A stretch of 64,000 nt of DNA from Thermoanaerobaculia bacterium (GCA_036399695.1 DASWMP010000345.1:1478-65477); one strand, 5' to 3'; numbered from the stretch's first letter, positions 27,339 through 39,351 are shown. Made by a program: numbers and translations. The notes: generated by a model from the letters alone, not told the origin.

Positions 27339-29168
27339 CTATCGCAGCGTGTACCGCACGCCGACGATGGCGCGGCGCCCGCCGGACTCGTAGCCGAAGA
27401 CCTCTTCGTACTGCTCGTCCGTGGCGTTCTCCACTTTCACATAGGGGGCAAAAGCGCCCACGTTCCAGCGGAACATGATGTCCGCGGTGGTGTAGGCGTC
27501 GTTGCTGACGCGGCCGTAGGGGAAGAGATCGGTCACGTCGTCGCGGGAGCCGTTGTGGAGGAGCGCCAGGTGGACGGCGAAGGGGTTGAAGTCGTAGCCG
27601 AAGGCGATCGAGCCGGAGTGCTCGGGGCGGCGCAGCAGCGGCTCGCCCGTCGCTTCATCCTCCGTATCGATCCAGGTGTAGCTGCCCGTCACCGTGGCAT
27701 TGCCGAAGCGCCGCGTGGCGCCGAGCTCGAGGCCCTGGCTGTCGGCGGCGGCGATGTTCTCGTACCGCGTGGCGCCGAACACGATCAGCCCTTCGTACTC
27801 GCTGCGGAAGAGCGTCGCGCTGATGCTGCCGTGCGGCATGAAGCGCTCGTAGCCGATCTCCGCGTTGCGGCTGCGCTCGGGGTCGAGCCCCTCGTTGCCG
27901 AAGAAGGGGCTGTAGAGCTCACCGACGGCGGGGGCGCGGAACGCTTCGCCGTAGGCGACGCGGAACTTGTGGCCGGCCCGGACGAAGGCCACACCGAGTC
28001 GCGGCGACAGCTCGCTGCCGATCGATTCGTAGTCGTCGTGACGAAGGCCGGCGGCCACTTCGAGCGAGCCGGTGCCGATGGGAAGCGACAGACGGTCTTC
28101 GATGAAGAACGAGCGGCTCGTCCGCTTCTCCTGATGGATGGTGCTGAACGAATTCTCGTTGTCGACGATGGCTCGTTCCCATTCACCGCCGATGGTGATG
28201 GCGCCGAACGACGCCGTCTTGTAGCGCGCGGTGGCGTGGGCCTGACGGACGCGTGAATCGGTGGTGGACTGTTCGGGACCGAACGGGCCGTTCGGATCGG
28301 AGAAGTCTTCGCCGCGGCGGCTTTCGGAGAGGCGCAGCTCGTAGCCGGCGGCGCCGCGGCCGTAGCGCACCGGCACGGCGAACTGCGACTCCGTGCCTTC
28401 CTCGCGGCGGTCGAGGCTCGGGACGAACGCGGTCCCGGAGCCGTTCGGCACGAAGGGGATGCCGAGGCCGTAGCGGTTGTGACGGGCCATCAGGCCGACG
28501 GAGAGACCGTCGAAGAGGGCGTACTGGGCGCCGCCGAGGATGGAGGTGCCGTCGAAGTCGTCGTTGGGATCGAAGCCGTCGTCGCGGCGCTGCTCGACGG
28601 CCACGTGCGCGGTCCACGGGCCATTGACGTATGCGCCGGAGACGGCGCCGTTGTAGAGGCCCTGCTGGCCGGCTTCGACATCCGCGCGGAGGTTCGACGT
28701 GGACGGCGTCGTGAGGACGTTCACCACGCCGCTCACCGCTTCGGAACCGTACAGCGCGGAGAACGGGCCGCGCACGACTTCCACCCGCTCGACGGCGGCG
28801 GTGGAGAGCTGGCCGAAGTTGTAGCCGGAGAAGTAGGGGTTGTTCATCTCGATGCCGTTCCAGAGGACGAGCGCCTGCTTGGAACTGCCGCCGCGGACGA
28901 ACAGCGTCGCGACTTTGCCGGGGGAGCCGGTGCGGGCGATCGTGACGCCCGGGACTTCGCGCAGCACGTCGGCCACGTCGCGCGCTTCGCGCTGCTCGAT
29001 CTCTTCGCGCGTGATGACCGTCACGGCCGCGGGGGTGGAGGCGATCGTCTCCGGGAGCGCCGAAGCGGTGACGACGATTTCTTCGTTGACGGCCGGGGCG
29101 GTCTGGGCGTGGACGGTGGTGGAAAAAATGAGGACAGCAGTAGCCAGGAACAGGGACAGAGACTTCAT
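27339..29168 (-). CDS. TonB-dependent outer-membrane receptor
   Basis: RBS AAAGGAGTC before the ATG. Signal peptide 'MKSLSLFLATAVLIFSTTVHAQ'. TonB box 'EEIVVTAS'. Plug domain 'VTVITREEIEQREARDVADVLREVPGVTIARTGSPGKVATLFVRGGSS'. Confidence 0.8.
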   Translation of the reverse strand: MKSLSLFLATAVLIFSTTVHAQTAPAVNEEIVVTASALPETIASTPAAVTVITREEIEQREARDVADVLREVPGVTIARTGSPGKVATLFVRGGSSKQALVLWNGIEMNNPYFSGYNFGQLSTAAVERVEVVRGPFSALYGSEAVSGVVNVLTTPSTSNLRADVEAGQQGLYNGAVSGAYVNGPWTAHVAVEQRRDDGFDPNDDFDGTSILGGAQYALFDGLSVGLMARHNRYGLGIPFVPNGSGTAFVPSLDRREEGTESQFAVPVRYGRGAAGYELRLSESRRGEDFSDPNGPFGPEQSTTDSRVRQAHATARYKTASFGAITIGGEWERAIVDNENSFSTIHQEKRTSRSFFIEDRLSLPIGTGSLEVAAGLRHDDYESIGSELSPRLGVAFVRAGHKFRVAYGEAFRAPAVGELYSPFFGNEGLDPERSRNAEIGYERFMPHGSISATLFRSEYEGLIVFGATRYENIAAADSQGLELGATRRFGNATVTGSYTWIDTEDEATGEPLLRRPEHSGSIAFGYDFNPFAVHLALLHNGSRDDVTDLFPYGRVSNDAYTTADIMFRWNVGAFAPYVKVENATDEQYEEVFGYESGGRRAIVGVRYTLR

Positions 29169-29416
29169 GAGACTCCTTTCGCTTCCCTCCGAAGCGTGAA
29201 TACGAGCGAGTCTGAGCGGTCGGTCTCCTGGCTCTCGGGTCATCCTTCCCACACCACCCTTCCCGCTTTCGCAGTGGGGACCCATCGAGGGTCGGGTGTG
29301 AGTCGTCGCCGAACACAGTGGCGGGGGCCGCGCCGGCTTGAACCGGCTTCCCGTGCACCGCATCAGATGCATGTTGGGAAAGAACTGGGGGCAGATGATA
29401 GCACTGGCCGCGGCCT

Positions 29417-29636
29417 GGGCTCGGGGCCCGGGGCTCGGGGCTCGGTGGGGGTCAGACGCGAGGTCAAGGGGACGGCACAGCAGACAGCGCCCTTCACCTC
29501 GAGCCTGGTACCTGGCCCAGGGCTCGGGCCCCGGGGCCAGGGGCGTCAGACGTAAGGTTAAGAGGACTGCACCGAAGGCGGCCCCTCAACCTTGGGTCTG
29601 ACCCCCACCGGGCCCTGAGCCCCGAGCCCCGAGCCC
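29417..29636. mobile_element. MITE-like element of family B (GC-rich GGGCTCGGGGC termini, internal direct repeat)
   Basis: Terminal inverted repeats gggctcggggcccggggctcggggctcggtgggggtcagac / gggtctgacccccaccgggccctgagccccgagccccgagccc. Internal duplicated block gtcagacgYRaggtYaagRgga. Confidence 0.55.
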
Positions 29637-29637
29637 T

Positions 29638-30933
29638 CTACTGCGGCCGCTTTCTGAACTTCTCGTACAGGATCGTCTGGTGCGTCTCCATCGGGATGTC
29701 TTCACCGGCGATGAACACGCGGCGGACGTTGGTGCGGATCTCGAGGGGGTCGCCATCCGTGATGATTACGTTGGCCATCTTGCCGGCTTCCAGTGAGCCG
29801 ATACGGTTGGCGACGCCGAAGATCTGGGCGGGGTAGATGGTGATGGCTTTCAGAGCCTCTTCCTTCGGGAGGCCGAAGGCGGCGCAGGCGGCGGCGTGGT
29901 ACGGGAGGTTGCGGGCGTTGTGGGCGTCCTGCGTCTGGATCGCGAAGGGGATGCCGTTATCGTGCAGCGTCTTCGCGTTGGTGAAGAGCAGGTCGTAGGC
30001 GTCGTCTTCGCGCGGCGGGAGGGCGAGGATGGGGCCGAGGAGCACCGGGATGTTGCGCCGCTTGAGGTCCGGCAGGACCTTGCCGACGTCGGTGCCGCCG
30101 GAGAGGATCACCTTCAGCTTGAACTCGTCGGCGAAGGCCAGCGCCGCCTTGATATCGCGGGCGAAGTTGGCGTGCATGACGACCGGCACGCGTCCTTCGA
30201 CGACCGGCACGAGCGCTTCGAGGATGAGATCGCGGTCGACGCGGCGCGTCCTGGCGTTGATCGCCCTGGCGTACGCCTGCGCGTCGCGGAAGGTGTCGCG
30301 CAGCTTGTCGAGCTGCGTGGTGTAGCTCTTCTGCCGTTCCTTCTCCGCTTCTTCTTCCTGCGGCTCACCGGCGAGCGGTGAGCTGCGTAGGCGGGGGAAG
30401 CGGACGTGCATCGCCAGCGGCGACTGCAGCACCATCTCCGGCGGTGTCCAGCCGGCGAGCTGCATCAGCGCGCTCTGGCCGCTGACGAGCCCTCCCTCCG
30501 GCACCACCGCGACCGTCGTGACGCCGTTGACGCGCGTCACCGGGATGACGTTGCTGTGCGGGTTCACCGCCACGGCGGCGCGGGCGTTCGGATTGAGATC
30601 GCCGACCTCCGCAGTATCGACGGTGCCGCCGACGGCGTCGACCTCGACGAGGCCGACGTTCGTGCCGGAGTCGATCAGGCCGGGGTAAACCGAGAGGCCG
30701 CTGCCGTCGATGACGGTGGCATCGGCCGGCACCGCCACGTTCGCGCCGATGGCGGTGATGACGCCGTTCGCGAAGACGATCGTGCCGTTTGGAATCGGCG
30801 CCGAGGTGACGGGATAGATCGTCGCGTTACGGATGGCGACGGTCGGCTTCGTGCCGGGGTTGTTGAAGATGAGCGACTGCGCCGAGAGGTTCGAGGCGGC
30901 GAGGAGGAGCGCCGCGAGCAGCATGCGCTTCAT
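29638..30933 (-). CDS. Secreted amidohydrolase-family metallohydrolase
   Basis: Signal peptide '[20 protein letters not shown]'. '[22 protein letters not shown]' amidohydrolase N-terminus. Final gene of a three-gene tandem. Confidence 0.7.
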   Translation of the reverse strand: MKRMLLAALLLAASNLSAQSLIFNNPGTKPTVAIRNATIYPVTSAPIPNGTIVFANGVITAIGANVAVPADATVIDGSGLSVYPGLIDSGTNVGLVEVDAVGGTVDTAEVGDLNPNARAAVAVNPHSNVIPVTRVNGVTTVAVVPEGGLVSGQSALMQLAGWTPPEMVLQSPLAMHVRFPRLRSSPLAGEPQEEEAEKERQKSYTTQLDKLRDTFRDAQAYARAINARTRRVDRDLILEALVPVVEGRVPVVMHANFARDIKAALAFADEFKLKVILSGGTDVGKVLPDLKRRNIPVLLGPILALPPREDDAYDLLFTNAKTLHDNGIPFAIQTQDAHNARNLPYHAAACAAFGLPKEEALKAITIYPAQIFGVANRIGSLEAGKMANVIITDGDPLEIRTNVRRVFIAGEDIPMETHQTILYEKFRKRPQ

Positions 30934-32369
30934 TGGATCTCCTTTGCGGGGGAAGCGGCGATTTCGGATGGCCGGTTACCGGTTTCCGGAGAGGCGGGAG
31001 GCGCCGGGTTCGCGGCCGGTTTCGACGGGTCCGCGGCAGGCGTTTTCTTCGCGTCGGCGGCCGCCTTCTTCTTCTCGTCCGCTTCCTTCTTCAGGCGCTC
31101 GTCCTTCTCGCGGCGCATCGCTTCGCGCTGCTGGAGGTCGCGCTGGCGGTCGAAGACCACCTCCCCTTCGATCATCGTCGTCTCGACGCGCGCGTACGTC
31201 GACAGCGGGTGCGCGGTCCAGATGACGATGTCGGCGTCCTTGCCGGCTTCGAGCGATCCGATGCGGTGATCGAGCCGGAGCTGCTTCGCCGGGTTGATGG
31301 TGCACAAACGCATGGCTTCATCTTCGGTGAGCCCGCCGTACTTCATCGCTTTCGCGGCGTCCTGGTTGAGGTGCCGCGCCAGCTCGTCGGAGTCGGAGTT
31401 GACGGAGGTGAGGACGCCCGCGCGATGCATCAGCGTGACGTTGTACGGGATCGCGTCGTACGCCTCCATCTTGTAGCCCCACCAGTCGATGAAGGTGCCG
31501 CCGCCGGCGCCGTGCGCGGCGATCTCGCGGCCGACCTTGTAGCCCTCGAGCACGTGCTGGAGCACGCGCACCTTGAAGCCCAGCTCGTCGGCCAGACGGA
31601 GGAGCATGACGATCTCGTCCGAACGGTACGAGTGCGCGTGGACGTCGATGTTGCCGCGCAGGATGTCGGCCATCGTCTCCATCAGCAGGTCGCGGCGCGG
31701 CGCGATGGCGGTCTCGTTGCGCTTCCGCCTGGCCTCGTACTCGTCCCAGCGCGCCATGTAGTCGCGCGCGTCGAGGAACGATTTGCGGATCACTTCCTCG
31801 ACGCCCATGCGGGTGCCGGGGTACTGGCGCGGCGTGCCGGCAGGCGGCTGGAAGTTGGAGCTCTTCGGGTTTTCGCCGAGGGCGAACTTGATCGTGCGGG
31901 GAGCGTCGGAGACGAGCCAGTCGGAGACCGGATGTCCCCATTTCCACTTCACGATCTGGCTCTGGCCGCCGATGGCGTTCGCGGAGCCGTGCAGGACCAG
32001 CGCCGTGGTCGTACCGCCGGCAAGCTGGCGGTACGCGGAGATGTCGTCGTTCGTCATCGCATCGGCAATGCGCACCATGCCGGTGTTCGGCAGGGAGACC
32101 TCGTTGACGCTGCCCTCGACGGCGGTGTGGCTGTGGCTGTCGATGATGCCGGGGGAGATGAACTTGCCGGTGCCGTCGATGACGCGCGCGCCGGCGGGGG
32201 TGGCGACGTCGCGGCCGATGGCGGCGATCTTCCCGCCGCGAATGACGATCGTGCCGTTCTCGATCGTCCCGTTCGTGACGGTGAGAATCGTGCCGCCGCG
32301 GATGACGGTAGCGTCCTGCGCGACCGCCGGCAGGGCCAGCAGCGCGATGAGTGCGAGCGTGGTTCTCAT
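30930..32369 (-). CDS. Secreted amidohydrolase-family metallohydrolase
   Basis: Signal peptide. '[24 protein letters not shown]' with the metal-binding HxH motif. 4-nt overlap with the neighbouring gene. Confidence 0.75.
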   Translation of the reverse strand: MRTTLALIALLALPAVAQDATVIRGGTILTVTNGTIENGTIVIRGGKIAAIGRDVATPAGARVIDGTGKFISPGIIDSHSHTAVEGSVNEVSLPNTGMVRIADAMTNDDISAYRQLAGGTTTALVLHGSANAIGGQSQIVKWKWGHPVSDWLVSDAPRTIKFALGENPKSSNFQPPAGTPRQYPGTRMGVEEVIRKSFLDARDYMARWDEYEARRKRNETAIAPRRDLLMETMADILRGNIDVHAHSYRSDEIVMLLRLADELGFKVRVLQHVLEGYKVGREIAAHGAGGGTFIDWWGYKMEAYDAIPYNVTLMHRAGVLTSVNSDSDELARHLNQDAAKAMKYGGLTEDEAMRLCTINPAKQLRLDHRIGSLEAGKDADIVIWTAHPLSTYARVETTMIEGEVVFDRQRDLQQREAMRREKDERLKKEADEKKKAAADAKKTPAADPSKPAANPAPPASPETGNRPSEIAASPAKEIQ

Positions 32370-33970
32370 TCTCCCTTCCTCCCGCTGAACGGCCAGGTGC
32401 CGATGGTGGTCGTCACGTTGCCCTCGAGCGTGTCGCCCGTGACGGTGCCGCGGAACAGCCAGTCGCTCGTTTCGGACTCGTTCTGCGTCTCGGCCGAGAT
32501 CGTGAACTCGAGCGCGGTGCCGTCGAACGTGCCGTTGCGGATCTCGCCGGAGCCCTGGTCGCCGGTGTAGGAGCCGGTGATCTTGCCCTCTTCGGCACGG
32601 AGCGTGACGTTGATGGCGACGTTGCCCTGCGGCGCACGCACCGTCAGGTTCCAGGTGCCGTCGACCGGCGACGCGGCGCTGGCCGCCGGCTTCTTGTCGT
32701 CAGCCGGAAGGCGGAGCTCGCGGCCGTCGACGAGGACGCGCCGGACCTTCGCGTCCTTCGCGAAGATCGGCTTGTCGGTGACGACGATGTTGGCGATCTT
32801 GCCCCGCTCGAGCGTGCCGAGCTGGCGGTCGACGCCGAGGATGCGCGCCGGCCAGAGGGTGGTGGCGCGGAGGGCGTCGGCCTCGGAGAGTCCGTTGTCG
32901 ATCGCCTTACGGATGCCCGGGAGGTAGTCGCCCGCCTTGCCGGAGCCGGAGACGAGCGCGAACTGCACGCCTCCCTTCACCAGCGCGGCGGGTGTGGTCG
33001 GGGCGAGCTGGCGCTCGCGGACGACGCGAAGCGGCTGGTCCTCGCGATCCTGCTCGTCGGTCGGTGTGGCCGGCCACTTGACGCTGACGAGCAGCGGCAC
33101 GTGCAGGAGATCGGCGGCCATCGAGTGCGCCTGCCGCGCGCCGGCGACGACGATGCGGAGGTTGTACTCGCGTGCGATCGTCTGGACGCGGCGGATCATC
33201 TCCTCCGAGTCGGCCACGAAGATGACGGGCATCTCGCGCTTGAGCGCGGGGCCGAGCGCGTCGAGGGCCGGATCGTCCGACGGACGCTGCAGGCCGGAGG
33301 GGTTGCGCTCGTAGATCTGCCGCGCGCTCGTATGCTGCTGCGCGTCCATGAACGACTGGCGGATGTAGGCGACCACGCCCATGAGCGAGTCCGGATAGGT
33401 CCAGGTCGGCCGCGTATTGAAGGAGATCTGCATCGCCGCGGGCGACTTGATGACGCTGGAGGTGATGGGGCCACCGCCGAGGTTCACGACGGCCGTCTGA
33501 CCGTTGAAGATCCCGCTGGAAGGGGCGATCTGCACCGTCGTGACACCGACCGCACGCCGCGCCGAAGCGTCGTCGTCGGAGATGCGCGCGTTGCGGAGGG
33601 CGAGTGAATCGGCGGTCGGTTCGGCCGGGCGTTCCGCCGCTGCCGCCGCGCCGCCACCTCCGCCACCACCGCCGAAGCCGCGCCGCGGAGGAGCGGCCGC
33701 GAAGCCGAGCGAGGTATGGGCGTCGATCAGCCCGGGGTAGACGTGCATGCCGGTGGCGTCGAGGGTCGTCGCATCGGCCGGAATCGCCACGTTGGCACCG
33801 ACAGCCTCGACGAGGCCCTCGCGGACGATGACGGTGCCGTTCGGGATGTCAGCACCGGAGACAGGATGCACGGTCCCGCCGGTGATCGCATAGACGCCCG
33901 GCGCATCGGCCCGCGTCATCAATGGAAGAGCAAGGAGCAGAAACAGCGCCGCGAAGCGCCCAGATCGCAT
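32366..33970 (-). CDS. Secreted amidohydrolase-family protein with a Gly-rich linker and a C-terminal extra domain
   Basis: Signal peptide '[23 protein letters not shown]'. '[20 protein letters not shown]'. Internal 'GGGGGGGAAAAA' linker. 4-nt overlap with the neighbouring gene. Confidence 0.7.
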   Translation of the reverse strand: MRSGRFAALFLLLALPLMTRADAPGVYAITGGTVHPVSGADIPNGTVIVREGLVEAVGANVAIPADATTLDATGMHVYPGLIDAHTSLGFAAAPPRRGFGGGGGGGGAAAAAERPAEPTADSLALRNARISDDDASARRAVGVTTVQIAPSSGIFNGQTAVVNLGGGPITSSVIKSPAAMQISFNTRPTWTYPDSLMGVVAYIRQSFMDAQQHTSARQIYERNPSGLQRPSDDPALDALGPALKREMPVIFVADSEEMIRRVQTIAREYNLRIVVAGARQAHSMAADLLHVPLLVSVKWPATPTDEQDREDQPLRVVRERQLAPTTPAALVKGGVQFALVSGSGKAGDYLPGIRKAIDNGLSEADALRATTLWPARILGVDRQLGTLERGKIANIVVTDKPIFAKDAKVRRVLVDGRELRLPADDKKPAASAASPVDGTWNLTVRAPQGNVAINVTLRAEEGKITGSYTGDQGSGEIRNGTFDGTALEFTISAETQNESETSDWLFRGTVTGDTLEGNVTTTIGTWPFSGRKGE

Positions 33971-34003
33971 GGTCCACCCTCCGGCCGCGAATGGTAGCGC
34001 ATG

Positions 34004-34190
34004 GGAGGGCCCGGGGCTCGGGGCTCGGGGCCCGGTGGCATTGACTTAGAGGTTTGCCTCATGTGGGACAGACACTCCTGTCTGTCCGGCCCACCCCCGA
34101 GGTCCATTCCTCCAGACAAGCGGCCGTTCGGGTGCACGGGACAGACAAGAGTGTCTGTCCCACATCTAAAGTCAACGCCATCGGGGCGCT
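34004..34190. mobile_element. MITE-like element of family B, copy 2 (GC-rich end plus GGGACAGACACTC palindromes)
   Basis: Near-identical to the reverse complement of 43112-43306. Imperfect TIRs ttgacttagaggtttgcctcatgtgggacagacactc / gagtgtctgtcccacatctaaagtcaa. Internal gggacagacactcctgtctgtcc palindrome. Confidence 0.7.
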
Positions 34191-34223
34191 CGCACGCCTT
34201 CGTTCTCAGGCGCGGCACACGCA

Positions 34224-35051
34224 ATGCTACGCTCTCCCCGGACCCTGAATGCACGACGACGCGGAGCCGGAACCGGGGGGACAGCAGCTTTGAGAGCGAT
34301 CGTCCTTTCCGTGCTGCTTCTGTTGGCGACGGCGGCGCGCGCGCAGGATGCGCTCGTGGCCGGCGCCGACGCCGACCGTCTCGAATCCGGCCATGGCGGC
34401 GGGGCCTCGCTGCTCTGGCTCCATTCCCGCGCCAGCGGCACGTTCTCGGCCGGCGCGGCGTTTCGCACGTTGCCCGGTACGCGCTGGGCTTACGGCACGC
34501 TCGGCCTCACACACCGCCTCACGCCGCTGACCACGCTCAACGGCGAAGCCAGCCTCGGCGGAGGGAGCGACGACGGCGGACGCTTCCGCTACCTCCTGCT
34601 GCGCGGCGGCGTCACTCGCGAGCTGCTGGCGAAGCGGCTTTACGGCGAGGCCGAGTGGCTGCAGGTGGACGTCGCGCGCCAGCAGGAAGGCCTCGTCCGG
34701 CTCGGCGCCATGTACCTGCCGCGCCCGCGGCTGGCGTTGCGCGCCTCGGTCTACGAAGCGCTCTTCGGCGACAGCGACACGACGCTCGGCACGCTGCGCG
34801 CCGACTACGACTTCGGCCGGATCACCGCCATCGGCGGCTTCTCCGGCGGCACCGCGCTGCCGGTGCTGCTGCAGCAGACCGGGAACGATGCCGTGCGGGT
34901 GCGGGAGGCGTTCGGCGGCGTGGCCTTCGACGCGGCTTCGCGCCGCTGGACCGTCATGCTCTCGAATCTTTCCTCCGGCGGCGAAGATCGACGGCGGCTG
35001 TCGGTCTCGTGCCGCATCCCGCTGGCTTCGCCCACGGCAGGCGGGCGATGA
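34224..35051 (+). CDS. Secreted hypothetical protein (275 aa)
   Basis: Signal-like 'ALRAIVLSVLLLLATAARAQDA'. Its stop overlaps the start of the next gene (ATGA). An alternative TTG start lies a few codons downstream. Confidence 0.4.
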   Translation: MLRSPRTLNARRRGAGTGGTAALRAIVLSVLLLLATAARAQDALVAGADADRLESGHGGGASLLWLHSRASGTFSAGAAFRTLPGTRWAYGTLGLTHRLTPLTTLNGEASLGGGSDDGGRFRYLLLRGGVTRELLAKRLYGEAEWLQVDVARQQEGLVRLGAMYLPRPRLALRASVYEALFGDSDTTLGTLRADYDFGRITAIGGFSGGTALPVLLQQTGNDAVRVREAFGGVAFDAASRRWTVMLSNLSSGGEDRRRLSVSCRIPLASPTAGGR

Positions 35052-37207
35052 GCAGCGTCGACGGCAAGGCGGTCGGCACTCCGCGGCGCGTTCCGGTGAT
35101 CGCGCTGATCGTGCTGGTGCTGGCGGTCGGCGTGGGAAGCGCGTTCGTGCGGCTGGCGGACCGCCGCAGCGTGGAGAACCGGCGGCGCGTGGCCTCGGAG
35201 GCGGCGGCGGCGGCGACGGTGCGCATCGAGAGACAGATCGACGCCGCCTTTGCCGCCGCGTCGATCGTGGCCGCGCTGCTGCGTGCGCGCGGCGATGCGG
35301 ACGTGAACACCATCGCCGCAGAGGCCGTGCAGCGGGGAGGCGTCGCCGGCATCGAAGTCGTCGCCGCCACGGCCGTCCCGGCGCCGCCCGGGGCGAGCAC
35401 GGTCCTGATGATGTCGGAGTCGCGGCAGTTGCGAGCCTGCGTGCGCGTGGCGCCGGCGGACCCCCGCTTCGCCGTGGCCATCCTCGACCTGCCGGAGCTG
35501 CTGGCGCGGAGCGGCGTCGACGAGCTGCCGTCGGACGGATACGACTACCAGCTCGTGGCCTCCGGCGCCGCCGCCTCGGGGCGCGCTTTCGTGGTGGCGC
35601 GGTCCTCACCGCTCGAGCTCGCGGAGCCGGTGCGCTCCTCCTTCGCGGTCCCGCAGGGGCGCTGGACGCTCGACGTGGCGCGGCGCGCCGGCTGGCGGAT
35701 GGCGGGAGAGCGGACGCGGGAAATCGCCATCGTCCTGATCGGCAGCCTCCTCTTCGCCCTGTTCGTCTACGACCTGCTGCGGCGGCCGTACGTGCTGGAG
35801 CGGGAAGTCGAGCTGCGCACGCGCAAGATCGTGGAGACGAATCGCCGCCTCACGGCGGAGATCGAGCAGCGGCAGCGTGCCGAGGAGCAGGTCGTCCACG
35901 AGGCCACGCACGACCGGCTGACCGCGCTGCCGAACCGCGTTTACCTGCGCGACCGGATCACGCGCGCCCTCGACCGGGCCCGGTCGGCCAACGCCGTCGG
36001 CTTCGGCGTGCTCGTGATCGACATCGACCGCTTCACCGACGTGAACGACGGGCTCGGACACGACATCGGGGACGAGCTGCTGACCCTCGCGGCGCGGCGC
36101 CTCCAGAGCTGCATCCGCTTCGGCGACGTCCTGGCGCGCGTCGGCGGTGACGAGTTCGCGATCCTCTCGCTGGCCATCGATCCGGCGGAGATCACCGGCG
36201 TGGCCCGCCGGGCGCACGAGGCGCTGGAAGTGCCGTTCGAGGTGGGCGGGCACCGCGTGCAGATGTCGGGCAGCATCGGCATCGCTCTGAGCGCGAGCGG
36301 CTACACCGTCGCCGACGAGCTGCTGCGCGACGCCTATCTGGCCGTGCATCGGGCGCGGCAGCAGGGGGGCGCGTCGCACGTCCTGTTCGACCCGAAGATG
36401 CACGAGCAGGCCGCGGCGGCCCAGCAGATCGAGACGGAGCTGCGCGCCGCGCTCGCGGGCAACGAGCTGCGGCCGTACTTTCAGCCGATCGTCTCCCTCA
36501 CGACCGGGCGCATCACCGGCTTCGAGGCCCTCGTGCGCTGGATCAGCCCGAAGCGGGGCTTCGTCTCCCCCGCCGCGTTCATTCCGGTGGCGGTGTCGAG
36601 CGGCCTGATCATCCCGCTGGACCAGTGGATGATGCGCGAAGCAGCGCGGCAGGTGCACGAGTGGAACAGCCGCCTGCAGCTCGAGCCGCCCCTGACGATC
36701 AGCGTGAACGTCTCCGGCCGCCGGCTCGGGCAGCGCGAGCTGATCGAGGACGTGGCCCGCACGCTCCGCGAGACCGGCATCGACACCCGCTCCCTGCGCC
36801 TGGAGATCACGGAGGGGGAGATGATGGAGCGGCCGGACGAGGTGCTGGCGATCCTGACGGAGCTGAAGCGGATGAACATCACGCTCCTGGTCGACGACTT
36901 CGGCACCGGCTATTCGTCGCTGAGCTACCTGCACAGCTTCCCGATCGACGTCGTCAAGATCGACCAGTCGTTCGTCCGCCGGATGCTGGAGAGCGGCAAG
37001 GACGAGGAGATCGTCCGCGCCGTCATCAACCTGAGCGCCACGCTCGGCCTGCGGGTGATCGCCGAAGGCATCGAGACCGCCGGCCACCTCGCGCGCCTGC
37101 GCGAGCTCGGCTGCGACTACGGCCAGGGCTACCTCTTCTCGAAGCCGGTCGACGCCGCCGCGATCGAAGCCCTGCTGGCGACCAATCCGTCGTGGATTGA
37201 GGATTGA
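35049..37207 (+). CDS. Membrane sensor diguanylate cyclase/phosphodiesterase (GGDEF-EAL)
   Basis: Two TM helices bracketing a periplasmic domain. GGDEF 'RVGGDEFAIL'. EAL 'FEALVRW', 'DDFGTGYSSLSYL'. The final codons (SWIED*) are encoded by the heptamer hairpin. Confidence 0.85.
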
Positions 37208-37324
37208 GGATTGAGGATTGAGGATTGAGAATTGAGGATTGAGGATTGAGGATGGCTGCGCTCCAGGCACCCGGGTCGCCCGAGCGCAGCCAATCCTCAG
37301 TTCTCAATCCTCAATCCTCAATCC
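37194..37324. repeat. Hairpin of family C with heptamer-repeat arms: (GGATTGA)x8 ... (TCAATCC)x4
   Basis: ggattgaggattgaggattgaggattgagaattgaggattgaggattgagg ... cctcagttctcaatcctcaatcctcaatcc; it overlaps the stop codon of the GGDEF-EAL gene. Confidence 0.7.
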
Positions 37325-37359
37325 CGTCCGGTCCGGCGGTTGCACGACAAGGTCACTGA

Positions 37360-39234
37360 ATGGCGCGCCGTACGAGTGACTACGCTGCCACCGGGAAGCC
37401 GCAGCACTCGTTGCGGGAGCGGTTTGGCGCGTTGCGGAACCTGCCGCCGTTTCTGCGGCTGATCTGGCAGACCAGCCGCTCGCTCACGGTCACGAATGCA
37501 GTGCTGCGGCTGCTGCGGGCGTTTCTGCCGGTGGCGCTGCTCTTCGTCGGGAAGCTGATCATCGACGAGGTGATCCGCCTGGCGTCAGCGGGCGGCGCTC
37601 CAGCCACCCCGCTGGAGTGGTGGGCCTCCGGGCGTGTCGACCGGCTGGCGATGCTGATCGGGCTGGAGCTGGGCATCGCCATACTCTCGGACGTGATCGG
37701 GCGCATCGTCTCGCTGGTGGACTCGCTGCTCTCGGAGCGCTTCACGAACGAGACGAGCATCCGCCTGATGGAGCATGCGGCCACGCTCGACCTCGAGGAC
37801 TTCGAGGACAGCGAGCTGCAGGACCAGCTCGAGCGGGCACGCCGCCAGACGATGGGGCGCAGCTCGCTGCTCACACAACTGCTGGCGCAGGCGCAGGACG
37901 CCGTCACGATCATCGCCTTCGCGGCCGGCCTCATCGCCTACGCTCCCTGGCTGATCCTTCTCCTCGGCATTGCTCTCATCCCCGCCTTCCTCGGCGAGGC
38001 GCACTTCAACGCCGCCAGCTACACGCTCAACTACACGCGCACCCCGGAGCGGCGCGAGCTCGATTACGTCCGCCAGACCGGCGCCGGCGTCGAGACGGCG
38101 AAGGAAGTGAAGATCTTCGGCCTCAACGCCTTCCTCCTCGAGCGCTACCGCATGCTCGCCGATGCTTTCTATCGGGCGAACAAGTCGCTCTCCGTGCGGC
38201 GCGCCTTCTGGGGGAGCGTGCTGACGGCAATCGGCACGCTCGGCTACTACGTGGCGTACGGCTACCTGGCCTGGGGCACGCTGAGCGGCGACTTCACGAT
38301 CGGCGACCTGACGTTCCTGGCCGGCTCGTTCCGCAGGCTGCGCACGCTGCTCGAAGGGCTGCTCACCGGCTTCTCGCAGATGGCCGGGCAGGCGCTGTAT
38401 CTCGACGACCTGTTCTCGTTCTTCCTCATCGAGCCGGAGATCACCTCCCGGCCGGACGCGCTCCCCTTCCCTCGGCCGATGCAGGAGGGGCTGCGCTTCG
38501 AGAACGTCGGCTTCCGCTATCCCGGCGCGGAGCGGTGGGCGGTGCGGAACCTCACGTTTACGCTGCGGGCCGGCGAGGTCGTCGCGCTCGTGGGGGAGAA
38601 CGGCGCGGGGAAGACGACGCTCGTGAAGCTGCTGGCGCGGCTCTACGATCCGGACGAAGGACGGGTGCTGGTCGACGGCCGCGATCTGCGCGAGTACGAC
38701 CTGGAGTCGCTGCGCTCGAACATCGGCGTCATCTTCCAGGACTTCGTGCGCTATCACCTGACGGCGGCGGAGAACATCGCCGTGGGGCGGATCGAAGCGG
38801 CCGGGGACCGGGCGCGGATCGAGACGGCGGCGCGGCGCAGCCTGGCGGACGAGGTGATCCTCCGTCTGCCGAAGCAGTACGACCAGCCGCTCGGGAAGCG
38901 CTTCCGCAAGGGGGTTGAGCTGTCGGGCGGCGAGTGGCAGAAGATCGCCATCGCCCGGGCCTACATGCGGGACGCGCAGCTCCTGATTCTGGACGAGCCG
39001 ACGGCGGCGCTGGATGCGCGGGCGGAGTTCGAGGTGTTCCAGCGCTTCCGTGAGCTGAGCTCCGGCAGGACGACGGTGCTGATCTCGCACCGGTTCTCGA
39101 GCGTGCGCATGGCCGATCGCATTCTCGTGCTGGCGGACGGGCAACTCGAGGCTGCCGGGACGCACGAGGAGCTGCTGGCGGCAGGGGGGCGGTATGCGGA
39201 GTTGTTTGAACTGCAGGCGGAGGGGTATCGGTGA
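37360..39234 (+). CDS. ABC transporter, fused permease/ATPase (MsbA-like exporter family)
   Basis: Six-TM N-terminal domain. Walker A 'GENGAGKTT'. ABC signature 'LSGGEWQKIAIARA'. Walker B 'LLILDEPTAALD'. Confidence 0.85.
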   Translation: MARRTSDYAATGKPQHSLRERFGALRNLPPFLRLIWQTSRSLTVTNAVLRLLRAFLPVALLFVGKLIIDEVIRLASAGGAPATPLEWWASGRVDRLAMLIGLELGIAILSDVIGRIVSLVDSLLSERFTNETSIRLMEHAATLDLEDFEDSELQDQLERARRQTMGRSSLLTQLLAQAQDAVTIIAFAAGLIAYAPWLILLLGIALIPAFLGEAHFNAASYTLNYTRTPERRELDYVRQTGAGVETAKEVKIFGLNAFLLERYRMLADAFYRANKSLSVRRAFWGSVLTAIGTLGYYVAYGYLAWGTLSGDFTIGDLTFLAGSFRRLRTLLEGLLTGFSQMAGQALYLDDLFSFFLIEPEITSRPDALPFPRPMQEGLRFENVGFRYPGAERWAVRNLTFTLRAGEVVALVGENGAGKTTLVKLLARLYDPDEGRVLVDGRDLREYDLESLRSNIGVIFQDFVRYHLTAAENIAVGRIEAAGDRARIETAARRSLADEVILRLPKQYDQPLGKRFRKGVELSGGEWQKIAIARAYMRDAQLLILDEPTAALDARAEFEVFQRFRELSSGRTTVLISHRFSSVRMADRILVLADGQLEAAGTHEELLAAGGRYAELFELQAEGYR

Positions 39235-39244
39235 CGTGGGGGAG

Positions 39245-39351
39245 TGCTGAATCGATGTTCAATGCTGAATGCTGAATGTTGAATGCTGAACAAGGCGACG
39301 GCCACTCACGAGCACTTCAACATTCAACATTCAGCATTGAACATTGACGCT
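39245..39351. repeat. Hairpin of family C with (TGCTGAATG)-type repeat arms
   Basis: gctgaatcgatgttcaatgctgaatgctgaatgttgaatgctgaa ... ttcaacattcaacattcagcattgaacattga. Confidence 0.65.

Noticed and set aside
34227-37270. 460-aa and 554-aa ORFs on the - strand
   Set aside because: They are antisense to the secreted 275-aa gene and the GGDEF-EAL gene. They have extreme Arg/Pro content and no motifs.
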